Below, piece by piece: positions 51,642 through 62,447 of a stretch of 64,000 nt of DNA. Position 1 is the stretch's first letter. Every line of letters begins with the position of its first letter. Location: the IMG/VR virus record IMGVR_UViG_3300030099_006786; one strand, written 5' to 3'. This DNA is from an uncultured virus (IMG/VR IMGVR_UViG_3300030099_006786). Its lineage: Duplodnaviria; Heunggongvirae; Uroviricota; Caudoviricetes. Below the pieces are notes generated by a model. That model worked only from the letters and a program-made list of their open reading frames with translations. It did no database searches and was not told where the DNA came from. The position numbers and the translations under genes were made by a program.

Positions 51642-52601
51642 TTAATTAGCCATGCCCTCATTCAAAGTATCACGATAATTTAATAAAGCCAACTCTTTAT
51701 GTTTAGCCTCAATCATTACGTCAAGATCATACCCATAATCATTGAATGGGTTTACAATCATATCTGAATGAGCCTGTGGTTTAATCTTAGGATTTCCATG
51801 TTCAATTGACCGAGACTCAGCATAATGCACAACAGGCTTAATGTCATCTGGCCATGTTGAGATAGCCAATTCCAATGCTTCACGCTCGGTAAGATCGCCG
51901 GGATGCAGCATGTGATGATGATAGTCAAACACAATTGGAATACCAATTCGCTCGTAAACACCGCGATACAATTCTTGTGTAGAGTACAAAGACTCCTTGT
52001 CATCATTCTCAACAGTCAATCGAGAGCGAACACACTCTGGAAGTCTCTCGAAGTTACGACAAAAATTGTCGAGAGCCATCGGCTTATCGCCATACGCGGC
52101 ACCAACATGAATGTTCAGTTTTGCATAGGGCGTTCTAGGCAGATTAAGCATATCAAAAAATTCACCATGCACAGTCAAATCTTTCTTGGTTAACTCAAAG
52201 ACTCTTTCCTTGGGCGATGCTAGCTTGTTGAATGGGCCGGGGTGGGCAGTCAAACGCATCCCATTGGCTTTTGCATAGTTACCAGCCCTGTAGCATGCAG
52301 CTAGAATCAAATTGTAATCTGGTAAATCCTCAATGTTGTATTCACTAGCCCAAGGTAGAACGTCAGAGGATAGACGGTAAAAAAAGATTTGGTTTTCTTT
52401 ATTCCATTCCAAAATCTTACAGAGATCACGCACGTTTTGGAGGGCTAAGTGGGATGCGTATGTTGTACCTTTCTCCATGAACGTTCGTTTGATCATAGAG
52501 CGGTTGGTCGTGATCCTGTCAACTCCACGCGGCGCATTACCATACTTTTTCGGGTATGAAAGGTGCATGTTAATGCAGGCGTATCCGTAATTCTTACTCA
52601 T
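51642..52601 (-). CDS. uvsE: UV damage endonuclease
   Basis: GYACIN, FYRLSS, HPG, NIHVG, ENDD, DYHHH, HSD, MIEAK.KE. Confidence 0.95.
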   Translation of the reverse strand: MSKNYGYACINMHLSYPKKYGNAPRGVDRITTNRSMIKRTFMEKGTTYASHLALQNVRDLCKILEWNKENQIFFYRLSSDVLPWASEYNIEDLPDYNLILAACYRAGNYAKANGMRLTAHPGPFNKLASPKERVFELTKKDLTVHGEFFDMLNLPRTPYAKLNIHVGAAYGDKPMALDNFCRNFERLPECVRSRLTVENDDKESLYSTQELYRGVYERIGIPIVFDYHHHMLHPGDLTEREALELAISTWPDDIKPVVHYAESRSIEHGNPKIKPQAHSDMIVNPFNDYGYDLDVMIEAKHKELALLNYRDTLNEGMAN

Positions 52602-52619
52602 CTATCCTCCGACTTAAAA

Positions 52620-52648
52620 AATATAACAAATGTTGGTGTACTTGTCAA
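52620..52648 (-). promoter_or_regulatory. sigma70-type promoter (uvsE)
   Basis: TTGACA-17-TG-TATATT. Confidence 0.75.
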
Positions 52649-52663
52649 GCATAAATTAAACAA

Positions 52664-55600
52664 TTATCCTAATAATCTAAAAGACTTTCCAATGGCATAC
52701 GCAGAGAAGCCCCACTGCTCGTCATACTTAAGTCTTGCCATGTACGGCCTGTTAATATGGATAGCATCCTTCTCGGGTCTAATCCCCCAACACCTAATTC
52801 TAGTTAATTGATTGTTGCTATCAGTTACTTCAACAATCCAATACGACTTACCATTCTTGGTTTTACGTGGATCAACCTTGCGTGGTATAAACCAACAAAC
52901 CTGTAATTCAGAATCAAATTCAGAAATTGGTGGGATATATTTTTCTTGTAGTTTCTCTACTGTCTCAGTGCTGATAACTAGGTTAATTGGGAACACACCA
53001 GTCAAGTCGGTCTTAAATTGTATTATTTCTTCTTCAGTAAAGTCACCTTCTGGTGCATACGCTTCAATGTTCTCAGCTAACTTCTTTAAATTCTTCGGCC
53101 GGTCGACGATACAAGCTGACCAGAAATGTTTACGACCTGTAAATCTATCATCAACAATATTATCAAGGGCGCCTCCACGACACAATGCATCAAGAGACTT
53201 CTTGTTAAGCTTTGAGTAAGTTATATTCTCATTGAACAAAACTTCTTCTGCAGAGTTTAGTGGTCGGTTAGCAAGTATCTGGTCAATTGCTGCAGCACCA
53301 AGTCCCTTGATTGAGGTAAGTGGCTGAATCAAGGTTTTGCCATCTTCGCTAATCTCCCAGACCCTTCCTGACTTATTAATATCAAGTGGTGCAATATCAA
53401 ATCCAAATTGCTTCGCTATATTGATTGCTTTTTCCTTGCGTGTCTCAGGTTCCTTATCCAAGAATGCTGCCATCCACTCAGCAGGATAGTAATTGAAGAG
53501 CCAAGCACATTGGAATGAAATAATGCTGTATGATACGGCGTGAGACTTGTTAAAACCATAGCCTGAGAAGTATTCGAATTTATCCCAAAGTGATTGGGCA
53601 GCATCCCTGCTAATTTTGTTAGCGACACAGCCACTGATAAACTTGTCGTGCAGCATTCCCTTCACTGAGCCCTTGCCTGTTCCTTTCTTGGTAAGAACCT
53701 TGCGGAGCATGTTACCTTCATCAAGTGTTAGGCCTCCAAGTTTGTGTGCGAGTAGTGCAATTTGTTCTTGGAAAATTAGGAAACCAAATGTTTCTTGTGT
53801 AATGTCATGAGCGTCATCATTAAGATAATTAATATGGTGCGGGCTTTCTTTGGCTTCAATATATTCATCGTGAACATTTGCCGCTAATGGGCCCGGGCGG
53901 TAAATAGACGTGATAGCCGATACATCAATAATATTTGTTGGCTTGGCTCTAACACAAAACTTTTGTGCACCCTGTTCTGTAAATTGAAAGATGCCGGCCC
54001 ACTTACCAGAGTGAAAAATGTTTTCATAAACCTGTTGATCATTTAAGTCAACAACGTCTGGATGCAAATTCTTTTCATAGTAGTCTCTAATTTGTGCAAA
54101 CGTAGGTTCTTCAACACCGTGATGGCGCTTCAGGATATGGTAGATTGCCCCCTCCATCATCTTGAGCGTGGATAGTCCAAGCAAATCGAACTTAATGAAG
54201 CCCATGGGTTCAAGGTGTCGAACGTTCTGACCCTCGGCCCACGGAGCCTGACGAACACCACCCGAGTTAATCAGGGGCATGCTCTTATCTAAATCCTCTG
54301 CGATAACCACCCCACCGGCATGTCGAGAACACGAACGAACCTGACCTACCAAACCTTCAACGTGAGTCTTGACGGCAGGATATTTGTTAAGATACGCCTG
54401 TAATGTGGGAGAAAATTCAATTACTTCTTCCCATGTCGGAGCATAGATACCGGCCTTAATCCCATGCTTTCTTTTAGCTTCAGGTGTTGCCTCACGGATC
54501 ATAATTGAAGTTACTGTATTTACTTCAGTAAATGGAATATTATACAGCTTGGAAATATCCTTAATTAAAGACTTAAGCTGTAGAGTATTCCAATTTGAAA
54601 TAGGAGCAACACAATCCTCACCCCACATTTCTACTAGCTTCTCTTTTAAAACCATACTATCTGATACATCATAATCAATGTCTGGATAGTCTTTAGCATC
54701 GGAACGCAAGAAGCGCGAAAACAGAAGTCCGTGTTTAATTGGATCAACTTGTGTAATGTTTAGCGCGTAAGCCACAAGAGAGCCAGCAGCAGAGCCTCGG
54801 CCGGGGCCAGTAAGCATCATATCCGTCGCAACATCAACAATGGATTTCATCGTTAGGAAGTATTTCGAAAACCCCCGGTCGTCAATGACATTCAATTCGT
54901 GCCTTAACCTGTCTGTGTACTCTTTGTTAGTGTGTAAGCCTTTATCTTTTAGGCCCTCTAGAGAATAATTTACCAAGGCCTGCGTAGCTGTAAAGCCCGC
55001 GGGCACAACGAATTCGGGGAGGCGGACTGTATTGTCGGGCAAGAAATTCTCGATGCGCTCAAAAGCGATGCGGTATGTTTCTTCAATACTTTTCAAGACT
55101 ACATTGTCGTCGTACTCGAACCCCGTGGATTTTGAGTATTCCTTGTAGCTTTCCCAGATCTGGTCACCATTTTTTGGATACAATTCGTATCCGATTTCTT
55201 CCACGCCTTCAGGAAGTTCTGACTCATCTTCGGCCCAAGAAGGTCGTCCCTTGCCTAGCCAACCAAGACGCTTGTAAAGTTCACGGTCTTTCCAAGCGTC
55301 AGGGTTGGGGTAGTGGCTATCGGCTGTCGTGACCAGTCCAACGCCAAACTCTTTAGCAACTTGAATTACATATTTATTAAGTTCATGCTGCTCTTTAATG
55401 TTGTTCCATTGTATCTCGGCATACCAGCGATCACCGAAAATGTCAACCATGCGTCGTGTGGACTCACGCATGGATTCGAGCACAGCTTCGTCACCGTCCT
55501 CTCGGTTTTCCCAGTAGTTTCCGGCGTACACCCCACCAAGACAAGCAGAAGAGGCAATGATACCCTCATTATACTTTTCCAATAGTGCATAGTCGATACG

Positions 55601-56092
55601 TGGATAACGATAAAAATTCTCCGGTTGATATGATTCGGATACCAACTTAAATAGGTTGTTCAACCCAGTTTGATTTTGGGCCAACAAAACAAGATGCCTA
55701 CGTCTTTTGAGAATATCTTGTACCTTTTTACTATCACCTTCATCTTCAACAGTAGCGCCTGACTGAGCATCTTTTTTAATTGCCCTTGCTCGCTTCTTAT
55801 CTTCCATTGCTTGCTCATAAGCATCGCGCCAATCAGAAATTGATGGAGTAAAATATGCCTCACAACCAAAAATAGGCTTAAACTCTTTGCCGGCCTCTTG
55901 CATCTTCTTAGCATGCAATACCTGATAAGCTAAACCGTTCATATTGCCATGATCAGTTAAGGCCAACGCTTCGCATCCATTATCATATGCAAAATCCATG
56001 TGAGCCTGCGGATATCCGATGGCGTCAAAAATGGAGCCCGCTACGCTATGCGCATGTAAGCCTACAAATTTAATTTTTGGTTGTTTCCTCAT
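52664..56092 (-). CDS. dnaE: DNA polymerase III alpha subunit (family C)
   Basis: PHP LHAHS/ALTDHG, GRGSAAGSLV, PDIDYD, KFDLLGL, YGFNKSH. Confidence 0.97.
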   Translation of the reverse strand: MRKQPKIKFVGLHAHSVAGSIFDAIGYPQAHMDFAYDNGCEALALTDHGNMNGLAYQVLHAKKMQEAGKEFKPIFGCEAYFTPSISDWRDAYEQAMEDKKRARAIKKDAQSGATVEDEGDSKKVQDILKRRRHLVLLAQNQTGLNNLFKLVSESYQPENFYRYPRIDYALLEKYNEGIIASSACLGGVYAGNYWENREDGDEAVLESMRESTRRMVDIFGDRWYAEIQWNNIKEQHELNKYVIQVAKEFGVGLVTTADSHYPNPDAWKDRELYKRLGWLGKGRPSWAEDESELPEGVEEIGYELYPKNGDQIWESYKEYSKSTGFEYDDNVVLKSIEETYRIAFERIENFLPDNTVRLPEFVVPAGFTATQALVNYSLEGLKDKGLHTNKEYTDRLRHELNVIDDRGFSKYFLTMKSIVDVATDMMLTGPGRGSAAGSLVAYALNITQVDPIKHGLLFSRFLRSDAKDYPDIDYDVSDSMVLKEKLVEMWGEDCVAPISNWNTLQLKSLIKDISKLYNIPFTEVNTVTSIMIREATPEAKRKHGIKAGIYAPTWEEVIEFSPTLQAYLNKYPAVKTHVEGLVGQVRSCSRHAGGVVIAEDLDKSMPLINSGGVRQAPWAEGQNVRHLEPMGFIKFDLLGLSTLKMMEGAIYHILKRHHGVEEPTFAQIRDYYEKNLHPDVVDLNDQQVYENIFHSGKWAGIFQFTEQGAQKFCVRAKPTNIIDVSAITSIYRPGPLAANVHDEYIEAKESPHHINYLNDDAHDITQETFGFLIFQEQIALLAHKLGGLTLDEGNMLRKVLTKKGTGKGSVKGMLHDKFISGCVANKISRDAAQSLWDKFEYFSGYGFNKSHAVSYSIISFQCAWLFNYYPAEWMAAFLDKEPETRKEKAINIAKQFGFDIAPLDINKSGRVWEISEDGKTLIQPLTSIKGLGAAAIDQILANRPLNSAEEVLFNENITYSKLNKKSLDALCRGGALDNIVDDRFTGRKHFWSACIVDRPKNLKKLAENIEAYAPEGDFTEEEIIQFKTDLTGVFPINLVISTETVEKLQEKYIPPISEFDSELQVCWFIPRKVDPRKTKNGKSYWIVEVTDSNNQLTRIRCWGIRPEKDAIHINRPYMARLKYDEQWGFSAYAIGKSFRLLG

Positions 56093-56967
56093 TCTTCTCC
56101 CTCCGTAAATGATAATTTAACATGTTTATGCGGTGTTGTCAATGGTTCATTTGGCAATTCGATACAATTTTCATCAGATAAATAGTTGCGATAACCATAC
56201 CAATTATCTATCTGATGATACCAAGGTAGCTCAATCTTGGTGGCGCCAGAATCATCTACGCACTCAAACACGGTGTCGAAATTAAAATGTCTGGCTGACC
56301 ATCGTTCTTCAAGAGGCAACTTGTCTGTTGGGTATTTGTCATCTGTATTGTAAAATGTTTTGGTTGTTTCAGAGTTTACGTGCCTTCGGCATTTTTTAAA
56401 ATCTTCGGCCATCATAGTGAACGATAAGTATAAGTTATCTTTAACTGTTTTATCTTCATAAGTTAAAAAGAAATTATTTTTTAGACTAGAAATTTGTTTT
56501 CTATGCGATCTTAAATCATAAATATCATGCAATCCAAAGGGAAATGAAACGTAGTATTTTTCTGGAACAATCCATTTGGATATTTTATTAGCAACAAACC
56601 AAGCGGCGTGAATTCCCGTAAGTACAGACCAACCATAAGAATCTCTACGATCTCTATCTTTTGGCAACACCGGAACATAATATATTGGTATCTCTTTCCT
56701 AACTTCAGACGAAAACCTCTGGTTTCTGCTGTAATAGACTGGATCATAAACCCAATCACCCACCGTTTTTCTAATTATAGGAGCCATGTCGTCATTGGCG
56801 ACTATCCATATAGTCTGGCACCCCACAACAGCACATTCAATTATTGATTTGTGAATCACAGAAAGCGCTTCATTGATTGGTAGCATAGAAACTGGTAAAT
56901 TGACTCCATAATCAATGTTTGAATTGGCTATGGGTATAATACCGGCCAGATGTACATGCCTGCTCAT
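56089..56967 (-). CDS. Sugar-nucleotidyltransferase-like (GT-A fold) protein, divergent
   Basis: AGIIP...MLPI...IIECAVVGCQTIWIV; lacks GxGxR loop. Confidence 0.5.
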   Translation of the reverse strand: MSRHVHLAGIIPIANSNIDYGVNLPVSMLPINEALSVIHKSIIECAVVGCQTIWIVANDDMAPIIRKTVGDWVYDPVYYSRNQRFSSEVRKEIPIYYVPVLPKDRDRRDSYGWSVLTGIHAAWFVANKISKWIVPEKYYVSFPFGLHDIYDLRSHRKQISSLKNNFFLTYEDKTVKDNLYLSFTMMAEDFKKCRRHVNSETTKTFYNTDDKYPTDKLPLEERWSARHFNFDTVFECVDDSGATKIELPWYHQIDNWYGYRNYLSDENCIELPNEPLTTPHKHVKLSFTEGEE

Positions 56968-57842
56968 AGTCTTCTAAGTATTTGTTTATAATTTGTAGTG
57001 CCGTAATCAAGATTTGCAATTAAATATTCTATATCGTATGGTGGCTTTTTAAATCTATCTGTTTCGCTCCAATCAGGCTTATATTTGACAATTTTATCTC
57101 TGGTAATTGTTGATGTCTTAAAATTGTAGTGCTTAGCTTTACCATTAGAATCGTAGGATGACAAAAGACCCTTCATGCCTCTGGACTCCATTTCATAAAT
57201 TGTTTTAAATCTGGCCATTGTTTCTGAAAAATCGAAATCGATAATCTGTTCTTTCGACAACGTTGAGATTGCACATGCATCTTTAACGGCCGTGTTGCCG
57301 TGAATTCTATCTGATGGGTAAAACCAAATTTTAGAAACAAATGAGTCTTTTGTCTGAATTAAGTCCATATCGTGCTTACCTCCACTATTGAAAGCAATCC
57401 AATCATAAACATAAAATAACTCTGCCTCATTCTTGTGATCAACTAATTTTTGACAACCATCATCACCAAAAAAATAGCACGTTTCAAATGATAAGTCAAG
57501 TATTCTTTTGTAATCATTAGAGCACATCAACGAATTGCCATCCCATCTAATAGTTTTACACATATCAGATAACGGAACGTTACCGTTTAATGATAACAAA
57601 AACAAAAGCCTTTCCCAGACAACATGTTTGGGAGTTCCAATGTGCAGCTCACCCTCAGAGGTGTTTAATACATTTTTAATCTTTGGAATTTTTAAAAATG
57701 AAAAGTCAACATCAGTTTCAAAATAATCAAATTTAAATGGACGCTCAGGGCAAGTAAAAAATATAGGGTAATTGTTATTAAAAGCAAACATTACTGCATG
57801 CAATGAGCTACCTACTACAATTTTATCGTACTCAAGATTCAA
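56964..57842 (-). CDS. Hypothetical protein with degenerate FAD-Rossmann start
   Basis: YDKIVVGSSLHA. Confidence 0.5.
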   Translation of the reverse strand: MNLEYDKIVVGSSLHAVMFAFNNNYPIFFTCPERPFKFDYFETDVDFSFLKIPKIKNVLNTSEGELHIGTPKHVVWERLLFLLSLNGNVPLSDMCKTIRWDGNSLMCSNDYKRILDLSFETCYFFGDDGCQKLVDHKNEAELFYVYDWIAFNSGGKHDMDLIQTKDSFVSKIWFYPSDRIHGNTAVKDACAISTLSKEQIIDFDFSETMARFKTIYEMESRGMKGLLSSYDSNGKAKHYNFKTSTITRDKIVKYKPDWSETDRFKKPPYDIEYLIANLDYGTTNYKQILRRL

Positions 57843-58746
57843 CCTTTTCTTCTTTGACTTCTTTTAAAAGCCCAACAATGTCCAATCCGGCACAATCAAT
57901 TTTTGTTTTGCTAACGTGATAGTGACTGACGAATCCTTTGAATTTACCATATGCAACTTGTTGTTCGTATTTTTTTGATGTGGTTCCAAATTGATTAACT
58001 GGTGCTTCAAAGGGAATATCAGCGCCATTATGAATGGCCTTCCATAGAGCTTTTAGTGCTTCCTTTTGTGCAGGATAAAAATCAGTAAATGGCTCCAATA
58101 AATCTCCATGAACCCAAGCTCCCTCTACTATGGGCCTCTTGCCAAATCCATTTTTAACATACCAGTCTTGATATTTTGGGTAGTATGCATTACTAATTTC
58201 AACGCCAACTGATGGTCTATTGGTTCTTTCGCTTCCAGCGTGCCACGCGGCATGCTGCAAATCCAAGGTCTGGTAGATGGTTCCATCATTATCAATTAGA
58301 AAGTGAACCGAAATACCTCTCTTGTCTAAAATTGACTGACACGATCTTGAGTTTAGGCACACATCCCAATGGTTTACGAAATATCTAATACTTCTTTTAG
58401 GTCGACTAGAATAATCGTAATACGTGCCCGGGCGTGCAGCAAGGCCACCACGCTCTGACCACAAAACAACTTTGTCCCAGACAATTGGTATAAACTCTCC
58501 ATTATATACAATGTAATTAGAATACTTACAATCGACTGGCTTATGCTGATCAATACTTGATTGCCTATCAGTCCAAACTCTTCGGAAAGTCATAGGGCCA
58601 CACAGCCCATCTGCTTTTAATCCCCTACTTCGTTGCCATTTCTTTATGGCCCTAACAAGCTTGTCATCAAAGTACTTTTCACCAAACCAACTTGGATCCC
58701 AGCCTAACTTAGCAGCCGAAGACTCATTATAAAAGTTTTTATCCAT
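57832..58746 (-). CDS. Endolysin: PG-binding domain + N-acetylmuramoyl-L-alanine amidase
   Basis: AIKKWQ..GLKADGLCGP; SVHFLID.DG.IYQ, AWHAG, GVE, SH...K.DC. Confidence 0.9.
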   Translation of the reverse strand: MDKNFYNESSAAKLGWDPSWFGEKYFDDKLVRAIKKWQRSRGLKADGLCGPMTFRRVWTDRQSSIDQHKPVDCKYSNYIVYNGEFIPIVWDKVVLWSERGGLAARPGTYYDYSSRPKRSIRYFVNHWDVCLNSRSCQSILDKRGISVHFLIDNDGTIYQTLDLQHAAWHAGSERTNRPSVGVEISNAYYPKYQDWYVKNGFGKRPIVEGAWVHGDLLEPFTDFYPAQKEALKALWKAIHNGADIPFEAPVNQFGTTSKKYEQQVAYGKFKGFVSHYHVSKTKIDCAGLDIVGLLKEVKEEKVES

Positions 58747-58753
58747 AAAAAGG

Positions 58754-59035
58754 TTATCCCATATTTTTATTAATAATTCCCACAACATAATTATCCTGAA
58801 TAATAGAATATGTCACATTATTAATGCAAATTTCTTCGATCATTTTATTGTCAACAGCAATAAAACAGCCTTTTTGTAGATCGAATCTGACATCATCAGC
58901 CCAATCTAGAACCTGATAAGAACTGTAAGCCTCTTCTTTTGGCTTATAATCTTCTGGTAAAATAATACCTGAATTTTCTGATATTTCCTCAATTTTGTTC
59001 TTAATAAGAACGTGCCTATTAACTGGCTTAAACAT
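58754..59035 (-). CDS. groES: GroES-like co-chaperonin
   Basis: FKPVNRHVLI, SGIILP, IIQDNYVVGII. Confidence 0.8.
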   Translation of the reverse strand: MFKPVNRHVLIKNKIEEISENSGIILPEDYKPKEEAYSSYQVLDWADDVRFDLQKGCFIAVDNKMIEEICINNVTYSIIQDNYVVGIINKNMG

Positions 59036-59050
59036 TTTTACCTCTCTTAA

Positions 59051-61018
59051 TTAAATTGTACAAGTATCGTTGGTGCAAAATTTGGAACCAGAACCACCTT
59101 GCTCGGTGTCAAACCTTTGGAAAGGTTTAATCTTTGAATTCATTTGTTCAAATTGCTTTTTTGTGATTGGCTCGTAAGGAGCCTGCTCATAGCCGGTTTC
59201 CTCATATCTTAAAAACGAAACAGCCTTTAATCTAGTTTCGTATAATTCTAGAGCCGTTTTAATGTGTTCTGCTTCCTCTGGTTTAAATGTCACAGTTATT
59301 GAAACAGAATTGTCCGCCCAATAATATTGATATTGTGCTGCAGTTTCAAGCTGCTCCCAAATAGAAACATCTTTTTTACCTTTTGCAAAGTAAGGCTCAT
59401 GCACGGGAAATTGTACTACTGCGGTGTTTGGTGTATACTTATCATCCTCAACGTGATAACCAGAATCTCTAAGCTTTTCAACTAAATTTGAAGTTTTCGA
59501 AAACCTGATTCGTCTGATGTAAAATTCATCTTCTGGATAGTGAATCCCGGGTGTCGAACCATTCAAGAGTGACACGGTGCCGGATGGCTTGATAGAAGTC
59601 ATACGAACTGATTTAGGAATACAAAGCCAATTTGAATATGCCTCATCAAGATCTTGAACAAATGAGTAAGCCTTGTCACACATTTCATATACAGCGCGTC
59701 TTCCAAATTTATTAAAAGCCTGAATAACACCAGACTGAGATAAGCCAATTCGTCTGTTCTTAAGCATCTTAGCATTTGTTTCAGGCCAGTGAGTATTAGA
59801 TAGTGTGATCGTCTTTCCATACAAATATGCAATCTTCAAAGTCTTAAGGTAGTCCTCTAAATCATCATGCTTTGCGGGATAAGTCTCCACAAGACAGCAA
59901 AGCTCAGCATCCTCTAGTTGCTGTTCTACACAAGGATTAAATCCAGCTACATTAACATCATCATAACGGGGGCCGTCTTTAAATCTACCTCTCGTTCTTG
60001 CGTTATCAAGCCAAATGTAGCCGGGCTCACCGTTCTTTTGGGATTGCTCGGCATGCCAAGTATAATCCATACCAACTTTAGCATTAAAAGAATTATTAGA
60101 GCCCCATCGGTGGTGATATAATTTCTCTTGATCATTTTTCATTTCTAGATATACGGTATCATCATGACGGCCCATAGCTAAAGCTGCAGAGCGCCTAACA
60201 TTACCAGAAACCACACATCTTCCAATTAAATTTTCAGTATCAACAATATCAACAGATGTAATATCTTCACCAATTTTACTGGAGTACAGCTCGGTGAGAT
60301 TTTCGTGTAATTCGATTAACGGATCGGGACCAGATGATGTGCCACCGAAGCCTTTGATTTCAGCACCAAGTGGCCTGATGGAAGAGTAGTCAAACTTGGG
60401 TACTTTGCCGCCAAAAAAGAAACCATCAAGAATGGTGTGCACAGAATTAACCCAGCCCTCTCTTGAATCATCAATAACAAGCACGTCATTTGTGTATTCT
60501 GGTTCTTGAATGGTAATCGTACCGGCACCCTCTGTATCGAACCCAACGCCAACACCAACCATTAGTGCATCCATCATCCAAGCAAATAGATAGCCACCTT
60601 TAGTAGCCAAGTCTTTAGTAGACCTAAATGCACAATTAAATAAGCCGGCAGCTGTTCTTTCGTCAACAAATTTAGTTCCCATCATCCAAAGGCCGCGGCC
60701 GGGTGGGGTCCACTTAAGGTTAAACAATCGATCATATGCATCTTTTGCAGTCTTTTGCGCTTTGTTATCATTCCACTCCAACCCAAGCTGGAAAACATGT
60801 TGCTTTTGCATATTAAACATACCCTCAACCACACGCCGACAAGTTTGCCACCACTCTTCACTACCGGCAGCGTCTTGTTCAAATTCACTAAGTCTTCTCG
60901 AATAGGTTCTTTTGTAAGTCACATAACCCAAAGGGCCCCAAGGGACTTCGGCAGTTTTATATGGCTCAACAAATGTATCTGATAATCTGAATCTGCGTAT
61001 GTTTTCAATTGTTCTCAT
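59051..61018 (-). CDS. nrdJ: Class II (B12-dependent) monomeric ribonucleotide reductase
   Basis: PPGRGLW, NC, GNVRRSA, NPCVEQ, KPSGTVS, C-terminal CTNDTC. Confidence 0.95.
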   Translation of the reverse strand: MRTIENIRRFRLSDTFVEPYKTAEVPWGPLGYVTYKRTYSRRLSEFEQDAAGSEEWWQTCRRVVEGMFNMQKQHVFQLGLEWNDNKAQKTAKDAYDRLFNLKWTPPGRGLWMMGTKFVDERTAAGLFNCAFRSTKDLATKGGYLFAWMMDALMVGVGVGFDTEGAGTITIQEPEYTNDVLVIDDSREGWVNSVHTILDGFFFGGKVPKFDYSSIRPLGAEIKGFGGTSSGPDPLIELHENLTELYSSKIGEDITSVDIVDTENLIGRCVVSGNVRRSAALAMGRHDDTVYLEMKNDQEKLYHHRWGSNNSFNAKVGMDYTWHAEQSQKNGEPGYIWLDNARTRGRFKDGPRYDDVNVAGFNPCVEQQLEDAELCCLVETYPAKHDDLEDYLKTLKIAYLYGKTITLSNTHWPETNAKMLKNRRIGLSQSGVIQAFNKFGRRAVYEMCDKAYSFVQDLDEAYSNWLCIPKSVRMTSIKPSGTVSLLNGSTPGIHYPEDEFYIRRIRFSKTSNLVEKLRDSGYHVEDDKYTPNTAVVQFPVHEPYFAKGKKDVSIWEQLETAAQYQYYWADNSVSITVTFKPEEAEHIKTALELYETRLKAVSFLRYEETGYEQAPYEPITKKQFEQMNSKIKPFQRFDTEQGGSGSKFCTNDTCTI

Positions 61019-62397
61019 TTTTTGTTTCCTTTTCTAAATTTATGATAACGGTTTACTAAAATTTCTTTTTGATCCCTCGCTGAAAGTGGCAAGGGGTTTT
61101 GTGGTATTTGACTGGCTGTTGTTGCGAAAGTCTTAGGTAAGACTTTAATACACACGTTGGACGTATCCATGAATATGTCATTAACGAATCCATCGGGCCC
61201 GTTTCTGTTTTTGGCAATAAACATCTTGCCTTTATTATTTTGCTTATCCTCAATTGTTCTTGAAATTGTACAAATAAAATCAGCTACAAAACATTTATTG
61301 AAAGCTTCAGAAATTTGCTCCATCGTAATCACCTCTGCATTCAAGCCTGAACGATTAGTTTGCGAGGCAGTCCATATTGGGCATCCAAATTCCTGCGATA
61401 ATGCTCTCAATTCTTCATATATTGATTCCAATTCATTTCTTTTTTCTTTTCTAACAGTTACTGGCTTTAGCAGGTCGGCATAGTCTACAATAATCATGCC
61501 GGGATTTATACCCCTTTTTATTAATCTCGATAAATGAGATCTAATTGTGTTTGTGGAGGCAGATTTTGTAGGATATTCTTTAACAATTAATTTTCCATCA
61601 ATGTCTTTAACAACATCATAGATTTCGTCTTTAAAATTTGCCAAGTCTGACAATGGATAACCAGTAATGCAACTATCATATCTGCTAGCAACCACCGTGT
61701 CTTGTAGTTCAAGGGTGTAGTGAATAACAGTCTTGCTTTCCTGTAAAGCTTGTGAACCTAAATGAACCAATACCATTGATTTTCCTGCACCGGTGGGCGC
61801 GATAACAACACCAAGTTCGCTTTTTCCTAAACCACCATTACATACCTTGTCAATTTCATCCCACCCGGTTGATACAGGGTTACGAAATTTAGGTATGAAT
61901 CTCTGTTCGAAATCAGCAAGGTAATCATATCCAAAATTATTTTCTGCGCCTAGTTTAATCGCGTCATTAATAACTTTTGAAATTTCATCAAATGAGCAGG
62001 TCTGCAATAAATTTACAGACTTCATCATAGCTTCTTTAAGCTTTTGCTTACGACAAAACTCTAATGCAGTTTCTTTAATGTAATCAACTTCATCAATTTC
62101 TTTCGAATGTATTTTTGCATAGTAGTCACGAACTTGTTTTTGAATTACTTCATCTTCTCTATCTAATTGAGTTCGGATGATAGATATAATTGCTTCAGCA
62201 GAAGGATGCTTGTCGTATTTAATTCTATATTCAATAATTTTGCTAGCAAAAACTCTCAAGTATTCAAGATCTAAAAAATTAATGTCCAAGACTTCAGTAA
62301 TCTGATCGGCAAATGGCCTGTCTTCAAACATTAATTGTACAAGACCTTCTTGGAAGGATTTTCCATACCTTCCAAAGTCTACTTTTTCTGCTAACAT
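61015..62397 (-). CDS. dnaB: Replicative DnaB/gp41-type helicase
   Basis: APTGAGKS, IIVDYADL, TASQTNR, AKNRNG. Confidence 0.93.
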   Translation of the reverse strand: MLAEKVDFGRYGKSFQEGLVQLMFEDRPFADQITEVLDINFLDLEYLRVFASKIIEYRIKYDKHPSAEAIISIIRTQLDREDEVIQKQVRDYYAKIHSKEIDEVDYIKETALEFCRKQKLKEAMMKSVNLLQTCSFDEISKVINDAIKLGAENNFGYDYLADFEQRFIPKFRNPVSTGWDEIDKVCNGGLGKSELGVVIAPTGAGKSMVLVHLGSQALQESKTVIHYTLELQDTVVASRYDSCITGYPLSDLANFKDEIYDVVKDIDGKLIVKEYPTKSASTNTIRSHLSRLIKRGINPGMIIVDYADLLKPVTVRKEKRNELESIYEELRALSQEFGCPIWTASQTNRSGLNAEVITMEQISEAFNKCFVADFICTISRTIEDKQNNKGKMFIAKNRNGPDGFVNDIFMDTSNVCIKVLPKTFATTASQIPQNPLPLSARDQKEILVNRYHKFRKGNKK

Positions 62398-62419
62398 AAG
62401 TTCTCTCTTTTGCTATACA

Positions 62420-62447
62420 ATTATAGCACATTTTTTACACAAGTCAA
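62420..62447 (-). promoter_or_regulatory. sigma70-type promoter (helicase)
   Basis: TTGACT-16-TG-TATAAT. Confidence 0.7.

Noticed and set aside
52664..62397. Inteins or introns in dnaE, nrdJ, helicase
   Set aside because: Lengths are ordinary, frames continuous, no splice-junction or homing-endonuclease motifs seen
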